Source: Octopus bimaculoides (lineage: Eukaryota). Taken from it: a stretch of 64,000 bases of DNA. Made by a program: the position numbers and the translations under genes. The DNA is taken from NCBI RefSeq assembly GCF_001194135.2, contig NC_069004.1, forward strand, positions 19,842,773-19,906,772. The letters are read 5' to 3'. Shown here piece by piece: positions 1-13,367 of the stretch (position 1 is its first letter; each line of letters begins with the position of its first letter). The notes below the pieces were generated by a model, which was given only the letters and a program-made list of their open reading frames with translations, did no database searches and had not been told where the DNA came from.

Positions 1-240
1 AATATATTTAATTAATGATATATATATATATATACTGTATTTGGAAATAATAGCATGAAATTCAATATCAAAAAAATACCTCACGAATTATTTCAATGTA
101 CAGTATATATAATCACTCGTATTAATGTCTAAATACTTTATTGTATTAATATTTTTGACATTTTATACAAAGAGCACTCATTATAAATTCAGTGTATAAT
201 TTTCTAACAGAATATATTTAATTAATGATATATATATATA

Positions 241-274
241 TATAGATAGATAGATAAATAGATAGATAGATAGT

Positions 275-340
<66 letters not shown>
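241..340. repeat. (ATAG)n microsatellite
   Basis: About 25 near-perfect GATA units. Confidence 0.98.
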
Positions 341-1399
341 TAAAAAAATGTATGTGTATTTTTTCAATGTGTACAAATAACACGGGAAAAATAAATAAAT
401 ACTTACCAAGGTAGCAAAAATTCACATAAATCCAAGGATATTACAGCCTACTTATAAAGGTAGAAATTCCAGGGTTAAGTGAAATGTTTTTGTCAAGTAA
501 GAAATGGAATCAAATGCAGGTGTTATTCAAATGATTTGAATAACACCTGCATTTGACTCCATTTCTTAATTTATCTTACTATTTAGAAACAGTTATCTAC
601 TGACCTAATGGTTCTGAATTTGGGACGAGACCACTGGTCACTTTGAGGTATTGAATCTTTTATTAATAAATAATATAGATGTAGGCTTGGCTGTGTGGTA
701 CAGATTCACTTCACAACCACATAGTTTTAGATACAGTTCTGCTGTGCAAAATATCTACTATAGCCTACAGTGACTGTAGTTAAATTCAGTCGACCTAAAT
801 TATACTGAAACCTGTTGCATATATGTATAAATACATGTTATATGCATGTTTGTATTTGTCTCTTATTATTTGAGAACACCTGTTGAGAAAAATTTAGGGG
901 CAGTGCAGCTTCTTGTGGAGTATCTACATGGGTACTCACATTTAGAAGAGAGGATGAGAATGATCAGTAGAAGCTGCAAGGAGACAAAGTAGTTTTGATT
1001 AGGTGTGCAGGTGGCTGCTCAATTTATGAGGTATGAAATTGAGATCTTATTTTGTAGGCTCCTTCTACTCTTGTTACACTGACAAGTCAAGGGAAGATTA
1101 AAAAATAAAAACAGACCAGGCTTAACCTGAAATATCAATTTGTTATTAACCCTTTGCTTATCCAAAGCATTTTCAATAGTTTGCCCTCAACATTCATGCT
1201 TGTATTAAGAATTTTAGCCTTTATTTCATACATCCTGAGTAATGAAAAGCTTTCCTTTGTTATGCCCCAAGTTAATTTTGTGGGAATGTGTATCGCATAT
1301 GATATACGGATGCCAAGGAAATGTCTTGTGTATCACATGGGATACACAAGACAAGCAAAAGGTTTTAATGGCTTCATATTGATGTTGTTTTACTTTCAG

Positions 1400-1503
1400 G
1401 TTTGGCCAGAGATTTGTTGATAAAGTTGCTAATCTAAAAGACATTGTCACTTTCCACCGAAAGAAAGAGATTGAGATGAATAAAACAGACATCAGTGTTG
1501 CTG
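1400..1503 (+). CDS. MRE11: MRE11 internal exon (FGQRFVDKVANLKDIVTFHRKKEIEMNKTDISVA)
   Basis: ttcag| acceptor and |gttagt donor. Translation matches the MRE11 capping-domain motif RFSQKFVDRVANPKDIIHF (human, recalled). Ends phase 1, matching the next exon. Confidence 0.92.
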
Positions 1504-1539
1504 GTTAGTTTTTTTCACTTTTGGAGTCATTTTCAGATA

Positions 1540-1710
1540 GACGATGGTGTGGGTTTGTGGTTGAGAAGCTTGCTTTTCAACCATATGATTTGGGGTTCAG
1601 TTCTACTGCACAACACCTTGAACAAGTGTTTTCTACTATAGTCACTGGCTGACTAAAGCCTTGTGAGTGGATTTGGTAGACAGAAACTGAAACAAGCTCA
1701 TCATACATAT
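1540..1710 (+). mobile_element. tRNA-derived SINE, abundant family (other copies about 690-830, 12535-12700, 15490-15655 minus, 40950-41070)
   Basis: Shared consensus ggttcagtcccactg...gccttgtgagtggatttggtagacggaaactgaaagaag, with a B-box-like head. Confidence 0.85.
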
Positions 1711-2239
1711 AAACATAGTCAAAAGGTTTGAGAGTGAATATATATTTATTTAACCACGAGAGGGTTACAACTGTTTTGCAACCTTCTTGTATTAACTTCA
1801 GTGTGTAAGAAATTATGTGTATATGTTTGCATTAATATACATGCTCAGCATTATACAATATAATTGTGTATCCACAGATTAATGCAAATAAAGAAAGTTA
1901 GCTCCTCAGATCACTGGGACATCATAGTTACATCAACAGTTCGATTACTCTTTATATATACGTATGAATATGCATACACATGTATGTATATTTTAATATA
2001 CATGCATGTTTCTGTTTATATTATTCTATGTATATATTATGTTTATATTTTTAAAATTTGTACCTATTTCATGAGTATTTTGTGTACACATTTACATGAG
2101 TGAATCTAGTATTTATATATTTATCCATGTGTTTCATCAAACAATCAGATACAAATAAATTCAAATAGAATTAACATCCAATGTAATTCCTCGTGTATGA
2201 TAAGTAAATCTAAATATTGCTTAAAAGAATTTCAAGAAA

Positions 2240-5200
2240 TTCGGAATATATTAATAATACATGTAAGGAGTTGCTTTATCCACATCTGACCTCAGGGTTG
2301 TATGGACAACCTGGGGAAACTGCAATCTCTCCCCTAAGTGCATTTTCATATCCCATAGTTGAGATTCTTGCAGCAAGCTATGTATTGTTTTTGCTGACTT
2401 TACTGGTTTCTCTCCCTCTTTCACAAACTTAATTGCTGCAGTTGCTTTCCCTTGGTGATGATGTTTCTTGCGCCTTTCCTGCTCCAGGGTGTGAGCAAGT
2501 ATTGTAAGCACCCTATCATGGTGCCATTTGTATCTGCCTTGAGAAAGTGCTATTCTGCACCCTGCCAAGATGTGTGCCAGAGTGCCCCTTTCTCCACAAA
2601 GTCAACACAGCTGGTCTTCCCTCAAACTCCGTCTGTGCAGGTTTGCTGATGTTGGGAGTGTGTCGTACACCGCCCACAGCAGGATGGAGATGCGTAAAGG
2701 TTCCAGTCTCCACAGGTCAGTCTATGTGAGGTTCCTCTTAGGGAGATCCCATTTAGTCCATGCACCCTGAGACACCAACAGCTCTTGATTTCCTTTTGTT
2801 TTCCTCCTAGTACCACACCGTTTCCTGGGTCATAGCCTACCTCTCCCTGGTGTCTGCTTTCTTCCAGTGTTGGAAATAGGAAGACCTAAGACCTTGGCAA
2901 CCCCTGCATGTAATTCCAATGATGTCGCGTAGTTCCAGCATCCCTTCAGCCTGAGCGATAGCAGTGCTAGCTACCTACTTTTGCCTAGACCTTGTGGTAA
3001 TACCTGCATGTCTGACAAGCTCATCTTTAGAGTCTCTGTACATCATTACAGCATTACATTTTACTACTTTAAATTCTTCCACTACGGATGACAGAGGAAG
3101 TTGTAGATGTCCTGATCTTATGGACAGGCCTATTGAAGTGAAGCTTGGGCGAACACCTAGCCATCTTCGGAGGTATTTATTTATCTTTCTCTCCACTTGT
3201 CATTAGAATATCATACAGCGTCAACAACCGAATGAGTCTTGGGAGCTGTCCGTGTTGGTAGAGCTTTCCTGGAAGCCCTGATCTATCAATCCTCATCAGC
3301 CACTCCTTTGCTTGCTTCACAATGTTGGTGACATTGCTTCTGTCTGACATCTTTCTGTCTGACATTGCTTCTCAAACATCTTTCCAAGGCATTTAATAGG
3401 ATTTTCCTCTATTGATGGAATGGCCTCTCCTTGCACTTGCAGCCTGATTTTGTTGGTTACCTTCCACCCCCACCCCACCCCCCGATCACCAAGCTCCTCA
3501 ATTTTTCTTTGGTTTAAACCTCATTCTTGCCCATGTCGCCATGTGTTCTAGTGAAGTCAGCACTCTTTCTGCATCTACATGGGTTGCAAGTGTTACTGTA
3601 ATGTCATCCATGAAGCCTCTTATTGGGTGCTGACAGCTGCCTGATTCCATTGTTGGTCCTTGGGTTTCTCTATCAGCAGTTGATATGAGGAGATTCGTAC
3701 CCACGATGAAAAGAATGGGGGAAATCGGGCACCCAGTTATGGTTCCTTTCTCAAGGTCTTGCCACTGAGTTGTAAAATGAGTTGTTTTGAAACGTAACTG
3801 GATGCCTCCAAAATAACTGCTGATTATTCCCTTATAATGCAGGGGAACATGATAGCAGTCAATGGCTGCATATATGAGGGCATGAGGAATTGATCCATAT
3901 GCATTTTACAGATCCAGCCAAACCACTGTCAGGCCTCCTTTACTTCTCTTAGCCTCCTGAATCAACTGACTGAGAATTCCAGTGTGTTCCAGACGTCCTG
4001 AGAAACCTGAAACCCCCACCTTTCTGGATAGATGTGTTTATATACCCATTCTCAGTCATGTATGGTGTCATCATTTTGGCCAGTACAGAAAAGATCTTCC
4101 CCTCAGTACTCAGGAGGGAGATAATCCTGAACTGATAATCCTGGCTGTGGAGTTTTCGTCTCTTGGCACAAAACTTCCTTCTTCCAACATGGTGGGATGA
4201 TACCCTTTGTCCAGATCTTTCAGAACAGCATCCACAGCCTCCAAAGGAGCCATGAGCATTTCTTGTATACTTTATAAGGTATACCACTTGGGACAGGAGC
4301 TGATGCTGATCTTGCCTTTTTCACCACTTGTTCCACTTCTTTCCAGGATGGACAGCTGAGGTTGAATTTGTATACTGGTATTTCAGCTCTAGTGGCATTT
4401 GGATTAACATCAAGAGCCTCATTTCTGAGGTCATCATTGTGAGTCTCCCTCAGAAATGCTTCTACCTTTTCTTTGGAGCTGGTTAATTTCCCTGATTTGG
4501 TTTCCCCCAACAGCGTTCAGGTGAACCTAAAAGGGTTCTTGACAAATTGTGCTCGTTTGGTTTTCCTCTCTTTCCTCCGCTTCCAGGTGCTTTCTGACCT
4601 TCTAAGCCTTCACAGAGCTGACTTGTCAAGTTCCTGATGCCTTCTCTTTCATCAGTAGAGGCCCTTTTATACTGCTTATTGAGGGTCTTGATCTCTCCCC
4701 TCAGACGGTGCATCTCTCTTTCTCTTCTGCTAAGTTTCCTTTCGATTGCTGTGGTAACCAGTCTGTCCATTGTTTCAAATCGATCTTTTGCCAAATTGAT
4801 TGTGATAGTTACAAGCACATTCACTTTCTGTTCCACTGTTCCTGCCAGTGTGCACTCCAATATCATGTCGAGGTTTTGGTCCAGTTGTCGCCATTTCTTT
4901 GTTTCATCCATCTTGGGCCATTTTATTCATTTTTTTTTTTTTGGCTAGGAATGGCCCCCTGGTGTAGTATTGGGTGGGTTGCCCTTTCTGAAGACTTAAG
5001 GTGACACAGTCCTGTGGGATGCTTCCTGCCTGGATTTCTCCTGCGTCTCACCAGGTGTTACCACTGTACGCTGCATCTGTGTCCCCTCTTTTCCACAGAT
5101 GGACCTAGCTTGGTGTATCTTGAGCCTGTTCTAATTCTTGCTGTATATGAAATCTATCTATCTATTTAGGTCATGCCTCAGGATGCCCCAAAACTGTTTC

Positions 5201-5290
5201 CACACGTTTTCTCCACTCACCTCCTGTACTCCTTCCATACCAGTATCCTCTAGCAAGTTGTCGATATAGGTCGTCTTCTTCCTCTTCTGT
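2240..5290 (-). mobile_element. Decayed RLE-type non-LTR retrotransposon (HERO-like, R2/NeSL group)
   Basis: RT motif RGFMDDITV (ORF 3498-3704), KKARSASAPVPSGIPYKVYKKC, CCHC/QGRYKWHHDRVL and LQFPQVVHTTLRSD. Many frameshifts; 3' end truncated. Confidence 0.8.
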
Positions 5291-5529
5291 ATATAACTGT
5301 ATGAACAAGAATGGATAGAATAACATCTTTATTTGATGATTACACTGTACATTACAAATAATTGTTTCTATTGTACCAGCATATTAAGAAAAAAAGGTAC
5401 AAGTCAAACCAATATATCTGAAAATTTATTCTAACACAACGTTATCAAGGTTACCTGAAACAGATTAAATTCAAAATGAACTGAAATAATATCTTATAAT
5501 ACATGAACACATACAATGTGAACCAGTTT

Positions 5530-6700
5530 GGAGTCTCTTCAGTGTTTCTGATGATAGTGTAACATTCCATTTACTGGCAGTGTGCTGATGAGAAGCTATT
5601 AAGCCAGAGTTTGAGATTTTGTCGTGTCCAAGAGACTTCCACTTATGAGCTTTAGATAGAGTCTTTTGAGTTAGTTCCTGTATTGTAATATCATTCTATC
5701 TCTGTTCTTCATTCTCAGGCATTCTTTCTCCCCACCTCCAACTGCCCATTCAGCTTTCTTGTTGAATACATCCCTATTGCTCCATATGCTTTTCCAAAAT
5801 GTTACTACTTCTTTCCTATCAGGATTTTTTTTACTTTGACAGTTTCCCTAACTTTGTAGAATTCCTTAGCATCAGTTTTAAAGATATTATTTTGTCTGTA
5901 AAATTTGTTTCTCTTAGGCCTTAACCTGCATCTTTTGCTTAGAATGCATTAGCCATTGCAGCTTTGAGTTCATCCTTACTTTCTACCTCAGTTCCAGCTC
6001 AGCAATCTACTACTTCAGGTTCTATGTTGCCTACGTCAACATCATGTTCAGGGGTGTCTCTATCAATAGGTTGAATAATGGTTTTCTGTTCATTATTCTC
6101 AGTACCTGCACCATGTACTTCAGCCTGATATTCTGGCATTATTTTTGATTGTCTGTCTTTCTGCAGGTGTTTGGTGGTTATTATGCATGATGTCTCTGCA
6201 TATGTTGGCTAGTTTTGTTTGCATCAGTATAATCACGAGTGTCATCAGTATAATCACGAGTGTCATCCCCTATCATTTCTCTCCAGATATTGAAACACAA
6301 CTCACTTTTATTACATTCTGGTTGGTCCAGTGCTGTGTAGAATGCTGTCATGACTTATTCATACTTCTCACTCGCCCATCTATTTTTAGTGGTTCTTTTG
6401 ATATTTGTTTTGTTTGATGTTTGTCTTAAGATGACAGGATTGATTTCTTGGTTCTGATTTCCCTCAAGATAATTTTCAGAGGAGTTTGTTCCAATTGTCA
6501 ACTTTTCAACATCAGGTTGGTTCCTCCATGCGGAATGTATATGTGATTAGTTCTAGTGCTTACAGTTTTATTCACAGTTCCATTGTAAATCTATCTTGCA
6601 GCCCCTTATATTCTTTACACTTTTATGCATATGTTTTGCTTTGGCAACACATACTTTTGATATTATAATTTTGTTTACAATTTTGAGAAAAGTTGTTTGG
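5530..6700 (-). mobile_element. Dong/R4-like RLE LINE fragment
   Basis: Minus-strand ITIQELTQKTLSKAHKWKSLGHDKI, the RT domain-0 WKSPGPDK-type motif. Heavily decayed. Confidence 0.55.
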
Positions 6701-6829
6701 TTTCCTGGGATGACTTGCATTAAAAATAGTTTTCTTCCATTTTTTGGCCGTTTCTTACATCCTTCTTGGTGATGATATCAGATCTAATCTTTCCTCCCAG
6801 GGAGCTCACTGATGCATGTCATTATTATT

Positions 6830-7010
6830 ATTATTAATACTTAGTGGCATTTCGTCCATCTTTATATTCTAAGTTCAAATTCCGTCAGGGTTGACTTTAC
6901 CTTTCATCATTTCAGGCTGAAAAGTACCAATGAAACACTGGGGTCAATGTAATCAACTAGTCCCCTCTCCTAAAATTTCAGGCCTTGTGTCTTTAGTAGA
7001 AAGGATTATT
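6830..7010 (+). mobile_element. SINE fragment after an (ATT)n run
   Basis: ttcaaattcc B-box-like head, conserved central block and attatt tail. Confidence 0.55.
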
Positions 7011-7039
7011 TCTTCCTTTGCAAATATTACAATTAAGTG

Positions 7040-10000
7040 GATCACCTATTTCCTCCTGCAAGGGAAAGTGGAGGCCATTCAAAAATATCAGAAAGATATT
7101 ATTTGACCTGGTGTCATGGCACTCCTAGAAGAGGAAATGATTTGCACCAAAAAAAGTCAATAATATAAAAGTGCATTAATTGCACAAAAGAGAAAACCAC
7201 AATACCCTTCTGCAACTGAAATAGACAAATGTCTGGAAGAAGTGTGGCCTTCTGTAGTTTATATCTGCCGAGAAAGGCAATATGGGAGTGTGGTAGCTAA
7301 ATGCAGCAATGAAGAGGAAGTGCACAGGATGGCTACAATGACCTGTTCCGCCGACCAGTTTGTTATGTTCTCCTTATACATGAGACATCGTGTGACCAAG
7401 ATCAGGATCTCAAACATACCTCCTCATAGGGACCAGGCCAGATTAATGGCTATGCTGGTGGAGCATGGGGAGACAAGCATGAAAACAAGCCCCACCACAA
7501 AACAACAGTAATTTTCAATGGAGTTCTAGGATTTGGTTGCTCCAGAAGAAGTTCATGCTATCCCAGAATTTTTCTGTTTCAGAGAGTGCAAGCAGATGCA
7601 GGTGATTGTGGAGAGTAGGAAACCCAGATGCTATATTTGTGGCAAAACTGATCACCTAAAAGCTTTCTTTCCCCACTGTGGAGAAGTCAAGAGAGGTGTC
7701 TCACTCTGAACTGTTATTCCCAACATCAAATCCATTGCAAACCCAAAGAGGAAAGCAGTGGCAACTACAAGGACAAACACAGGAGCAGATAGACAAAAAG
7801 GCAAACTGAAATCCTACCGACTCCTTGGATATAGAAGGGACCTCAGATGAGACAAAAATACCTGAGTGGATGATTGCTGAGCAACCCCCAAAAAGTAAAA
7901 GAGGGTAGGTGAAAATACAGATGTATCCCCTAAATCCTAAAAGTTTGTGGGCACCAAGCTGATTAATCTCAAAAACATTGTGTCCAATCTCAAAACCAAT
8001 GTTGCAAACCCACAATTTCAGCAACATTAGGAGAGATAAACCAACTACAGCAACACTGAGAACTGAAACGGCATTTTCAGTAGCAGCAAGAAACACAACA
8101 GAATCAGCAACAGGTGAAACCTAAATAAAAGCAACCAAAACAATAACAATCACATCAACTGCAAGAGAGGGAACTAGTAGAACAGCATCTCTCAGATGAG
8201 CCTCTCAATTACACAGTCCTACAGAAGGAGAATGAAGAATTAATGAAGTTTGTAAACTCAAATGAAAACAAAATTTTGACAATGAGTTAGGGTCTTGATG
8301 CTCTCACTATTGTCTAAACCCTAGAAGGGAAGGTTCTGATAAGAACAACTCCCACCATGTATTGTATTTTGAAGAAACGTTTCCTACATGATGTGGGAGT
8401 TTGTACAAACTTATTGGATGAGAGGGTATTGGAAGGCCCATTTGAAGACCTCCAAAAAAGACCAACACAAGACTAGGGTAAGTGACTGACTCTTGTTTCT
8501 TTCCCTCCTCCTAGAACAATAATTCTAAAAATAGGTTTGTGTAAATTCTCATGACCAGAGGGCAATGTGGAAACAGTCACCTGCTCCACAACTTCAGGTC
8601 AGTATGTCTGGATGCAGTAGCCATCAGTGAAATTAGGATTTCTGAAACACAATCGCTTGTCTACTTCTGGACAGCTACAAGGTTTTATGCCTCCTCCAGT
8701 TGACCTGGATCAAATGGTGTCACGGTGCTGTTTCAGAAAGGTGTGTCTGGTTTTCTTAGACCCACTTGGTGAGATGGTGGTCTTGGACATAGCCAACAAG
8801 GAATGCTCCAATAGGAGCTGGATAGCAGGATTTCTTTAGACGTCTAGAGACTTTCCTAGGCACATCTCGCTTATTAGTATTAGTGGGTGACTGGAACAAG
8901 ATTTTAGACACGAGCAAAGATTATGTGGGAGTAGTGGATTGGAGGGCAAAATCTTTGATAGCCTATTCTGGCATTTCCAACTGTATGAAAGGATTTGTCT
9001 CAATTTCCCAAATACACCAATGTAGACTTGGTCAAATTGTAATGAATCATACTTAGATAGGGTTTTTATTTGGCTTGTAAATAGGCATCCTTCATGATGT
9101 GGTGCCATGTGTTGAGGCTGACATAGCTGCAGAAATACCCAATTTACTGCCATGGTGTGAACAACAGTGATGAAAACAAAGGTTAACTGGGGTGGGCGTC
9201 CTTTGTGCGACATGCCTTCTGCAGCTCATCTCATTCACAGAGCTACAGTCATGGGCCAGACATAGACAAAGATTGGGTGTTTAGCATCTAGAATGTTGCC
9301 CTCATTTTCAGATCGTTGGCTATTCATAGATCACAAATTCAGAACCTTTACAGTCAACTTAGAAAAAAACACTTAGACAAAGACCCAGTTACTGAAAGAT
9401 GAATGTGTCCTTCCTGGTGAGGCAAGATTTCAGTGCTTAGATTAGTAGACTAGTTAAACAGGAAGTGAAGGGAGCCATCATCAACAACGGGGTGGGTTTC
9501 CTTAGAAAGGAAAATCAGAGAGGTGTCAGTTAGTTTTAGCAAAGAGATTGCTTTAGAAAACAATAGAATAGAAAATAAACTAGTTAGTAGTTTATAAGAG
9601 GAACTTAGAAGGGAAATAGCGAACAAGGTGCTGCTGGCGAGAATGGCACTCAACCATTTCTTTGACATGCAAGCATAAAGGCTGTATTATCCGAGATAGG
9701 GTGCATGCACTGAAACATGAGGGCTTGGAAGCCATTGGTTGGGCCCAGCTAGTGAAGGCACAACATGGCAACAAATCTAGAATTTGGTCTGTGACAGCTG
9801 TGTGCTCTCTGATTTCAAACAGATGAGCACAACTTTCGGCTGCACTTTGCTGACCTCTTTTTGAGGAGTGGCATACTTGAGACAACAGTGTTGCAAAAAG
9901 CCAGTTTTAGTGGAGGAAGTGGCAAATGTACTGAGCTGCTGTGTGGTATGCAAATCACCAGGATTGGATGGTCTGCACTATGAGCTATATTTCCACATGT

Positions 10001-12425
10001 CTGACTTGTTTGCTCCAGTTTTGGCAGCTGTCTACTGCACCTGGCATCGGATGGAGCATTCCCAGTCATGTGAGCTGGAGAGTGGTGACTCTGTTGAGGA
10101 AGGATCCAAATAAGGGAGACATGATTGAAAATTTCAGGCCCATAAATCTACTCAACACTGAATTACAGATTTTAGCTAAGGTGCTTGCCAAGAGGCTAGC
10201 GCTTATTGTCAGTGGTGTTGTTGGGGTGCACAAACCTGTGTGATCCCTGGTAAGTATATTCCTGACCTCCACCTCATGCATCATAGAATGGGTCAGGAAT
10301 TGATCTTGCTTTGGAGGAGCACTGGTCAGTTAGAACCAGTCCAAGGCATTTGACAGATGAACTATTGTTACCTGATGGCAGTCCTAAAAGCTGTCAGTTT
10401 TGGTCCCATCTTCACAATGTATAGCGACATCTGCATGGTTGTCAAATTAAACAGCTACCTCTCAGTACCTTTCAGTTTTGAACATTCAAATAATATGTTT
10501 TGGCATTAGAACTTTTACTGTGAAGGCTGAAGAGTTTGAGGAGTATTCCACTGGAACTATGTCACAGGAGAGCTGTGTCTGATCTGCAGATGATGTCATT
10601 GTCATGGTGTTGGACTCTTCAGATATAGAAATGATTGACACTTTACTGAATGGGTATCAGGTGTACATTGCAACCAGGTTCTTGGAGAGGCAAGTCCATT
10701 GTTGATTAGTGGCGATTTCTGTTGCTGGACAGAGGGTCTAGTGAAAGTGCTTGGAGTCTGGTTTGGATTAGATCTCCTGGTAGATAGGAACCGGGAAAAG
10801 GTCATGATCAGGGTGGCTAAGCTCACCCAGAAATGGGCAGAAAGGAAGCTGTCTCAGAAAGGTTGGGCAGAACTAGTGAATGTATACATCATCTCAGTAG
10901 TGTAATACTGCCTAGTCGTCATACCTTGTCCCAAGAAAACCATGTCCACATTGGAGCACTTGCTTTTTTGATTCTTATGGAAGGGTCAGGTTCTACTAGT
11001 CAGAAAATCCATCTGCTGTCGACCCCCACTCTGTGGTAGTCTTAGGATGCTATCCTTCACGATGTGGTGCCATGTGTTGAGGCTGACATAGCTGCAGAAA
11101 TACCTAATTTACTGCCATGGTGTGAACAACAGTGATGAAAACAAAGGTGAACTGGGGTGGGCGTCCTTTGTGCGACATGCCTTCTGCAGCTCATCTCATT
11201 CACAGAGCTACAGTCATGGGTCAGACATAGACCAAGATTGGGTGTTTGGCATCTAGAATGTTGTCAGGCACTCACTGCATTATACCAGCTGGGCAAAACC
11301 TTTAGCAGGAAAACAAATGAGAACAGTCTGAGAGGTCTCTTCTGGAAGACTTTTGGATTGAAGATCATGGACAATTTCCAAAAGTCTTTGGTATGGTATT
11401 GCTACAAGTTCTTCAAGCATGTGAGTGCCAACTGCCGAGATGCCTGCAGGGGGGATAAAACCGTTCCATATGTAATTGTTCAGTGTCCATGCATTAGAAA
11501 CTTGTTGAGCTGCTACTGTCTCATGTAAGACAAATGCAGCTGTCCACCAAGTGTATAGTGAAGATCAACACACCACCTTCCTTTAGCAGGGAAGGAAGGC
11601 AGATCTTTCTCTGTTTAGTGACTGTGGCAAAAGAGGCTGTGTGGTGGACCTGTTTGAAAGGTTTGAAGACAAGCATTATTATTCTCTCTCACCAAGCTTT
11701 CATCAATTTCTTCAAATATCATTTGAAGAGGAAGGTGAGGGCAGAGAGAGAGGTACTGCCTTCTAGTATATTTAGCAAAAGGTGGACAAGAATGGCAAGA
11801 CTGGTGAGATTGAATGGATCTACTCCGAGTATACTTTTCTAAGTAGGAGGAAAGAAACTGGAAGATTTTGGGGATGGTGGAATAATCTGGGACTTTTGTG
11901 TAGGGTTTATCTCAAATTACCCTAAGCAGACTACCCAGCTGTTGGGGATTGTATTTATTAACCCTGCACACGTAAGCAAAGCATGGTCATTGTGTGTTTG
12001 CAAAATTACTGGAAAACGGCTGAAATACTCATTGGGTGAGTGGCTTGAACTCATTAAATTTTGGTTTGTTTATCTTCAAAACTGTTGGTCAGGTGAATCA
12101 AAATGCTTTTTGTTTTTTTTCACTACATATACATAAACAATAAGCAGGGGAAATAACTCCTGATGTAATTTTGTTGAAATATGAATTTGTCTGAGTATAT
12201 TTATGAAATTATATTTCATTTTATTCTTGTATGCATGCAGGATATGCATTGCCTCTCCAATGCCTTTTTTTCATTATTAACTTCTATTTATATATCCTTT
12301 AATGTTGTAGTGTCTTCCTTTGATCAATGTAGATCCCACTTATTTTGTGTGTTGTATCTCGCCCTTTGATATTGTCCTCTATGTCTCGGGTTCATGTGAC
12401 CAATAAAAGAAATTATTATTATTAC
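7040..12425 (+). mobile_element. Decayed Tx1/L1-clade LINE (gag-like ORF1 with CCHC, APE-RT ORF2, 3' UTR with AATAAA and (ATT)n tail)
   Basis: PRCYICGKTDHL knuckle (about 7625), ILVGDWN (EN), KSPGLDGLHYELY, NFRPINLLNTELQILAKVLAKRL, VKVLGVWFG. Confidence 0.85.
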
Positions 12426-13275
12426 TATTTTGTAGTAGCTGCTGTAGAAGAGCACTTCCCACCTTTTACCATTTCAGTTCATTTTGGCAATTGTTAATCC
12501 TCTGGGATCCCTTTTAATATTTAGTTAAAAACGTGCAGATATGGCTGTGTGGTTAAGAAGCTTGTTTTCAAGCCATGTGATCTCGGATTCAGTCCCACTG
12601 CACTGCACATAGGCATCATGACTTCTGGGCTGACTGAAGCTTTCTGAGTGGATTTTGGCAGATGGAAACTGAAAGGAGACTGTCATTGAGTGTGTGTGTA
12701 CTCTTGTTCATTTCTAGTCTTTGAAAAACATGTTTAGCTCTGGGAAAATATAAACTTACTTGGAAAGAGGCAAGGGTTTGTGACATGAAAAGCAACAAAT
12801 TCTGACTGACCCAAGCAAAAACGAAAAAGTGGAAGTTAGATGACGACAATGATGATGATGATGGCAACGATGATGATGATGATGGTGATGGTGACGATTT
12901 TTCAAAAATGAGATGAAGTTAATATTTGATAAATTTCTTGAAAGAAATATTCCCACTTTTTGTTTGTAGTAAGTCTATGACATAACATAGTCATGAATAT
13001 TTTTGCATTTCATAAAATATTTTCAAATTAAAAGATTTTGTGTTTACAGTCTTTTGCAGTCATATAAATATATTTTGTAAAATATTAATAAATATATTCT
13101 TTATTCAAACATTGTACACCAAAATATATTAACTGCTATTCTAGAAATATATTTGTAAAAATGTTTTAAAAGAGTATTCTTCATTCTAGTAGACAATAAG
13201 ATATTAACCACTGTTGCGGATATATGTTTTGAAATGATTATTAAGAAAAAGTATTCTTTATTCAAACTTTATAGA

Positions 13276-13367
13276 CAGCAAGGTATTAACCAACTTCAAA
13301 ACTGAGAGTTTAGATGCAATTCGTGTTGAAGACATTGTGAAGAAGCATTTTGAAAATGTAGAGCCGG
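13276..13367 (+). CDS. MRE11: MRE11 exon (DSKVLTNFKTESLDAIRVEDIVKKHFENVEP)
   Basis: tttatag| acceptor and |gttagt donor, phase 1 to 0. RVEDIVKKHF matches MRE11 LRVEDLVKQYF. Confidence 0.9.

Noticed and set aside
1-243. Direct repeat aatatatttaattaatgat(at)n at 1 and 211
   Set aside because: Cut by the window edge and low complexity, so it cannot be interpreted.
218-425. ORFs with IYLS, HTHT, YIYI or LSLS repeats here and elsewhere (for example 21029, 38376, 44584, 54449-54920)
   Set aside because: Translations of microsatellites or of N gaps.
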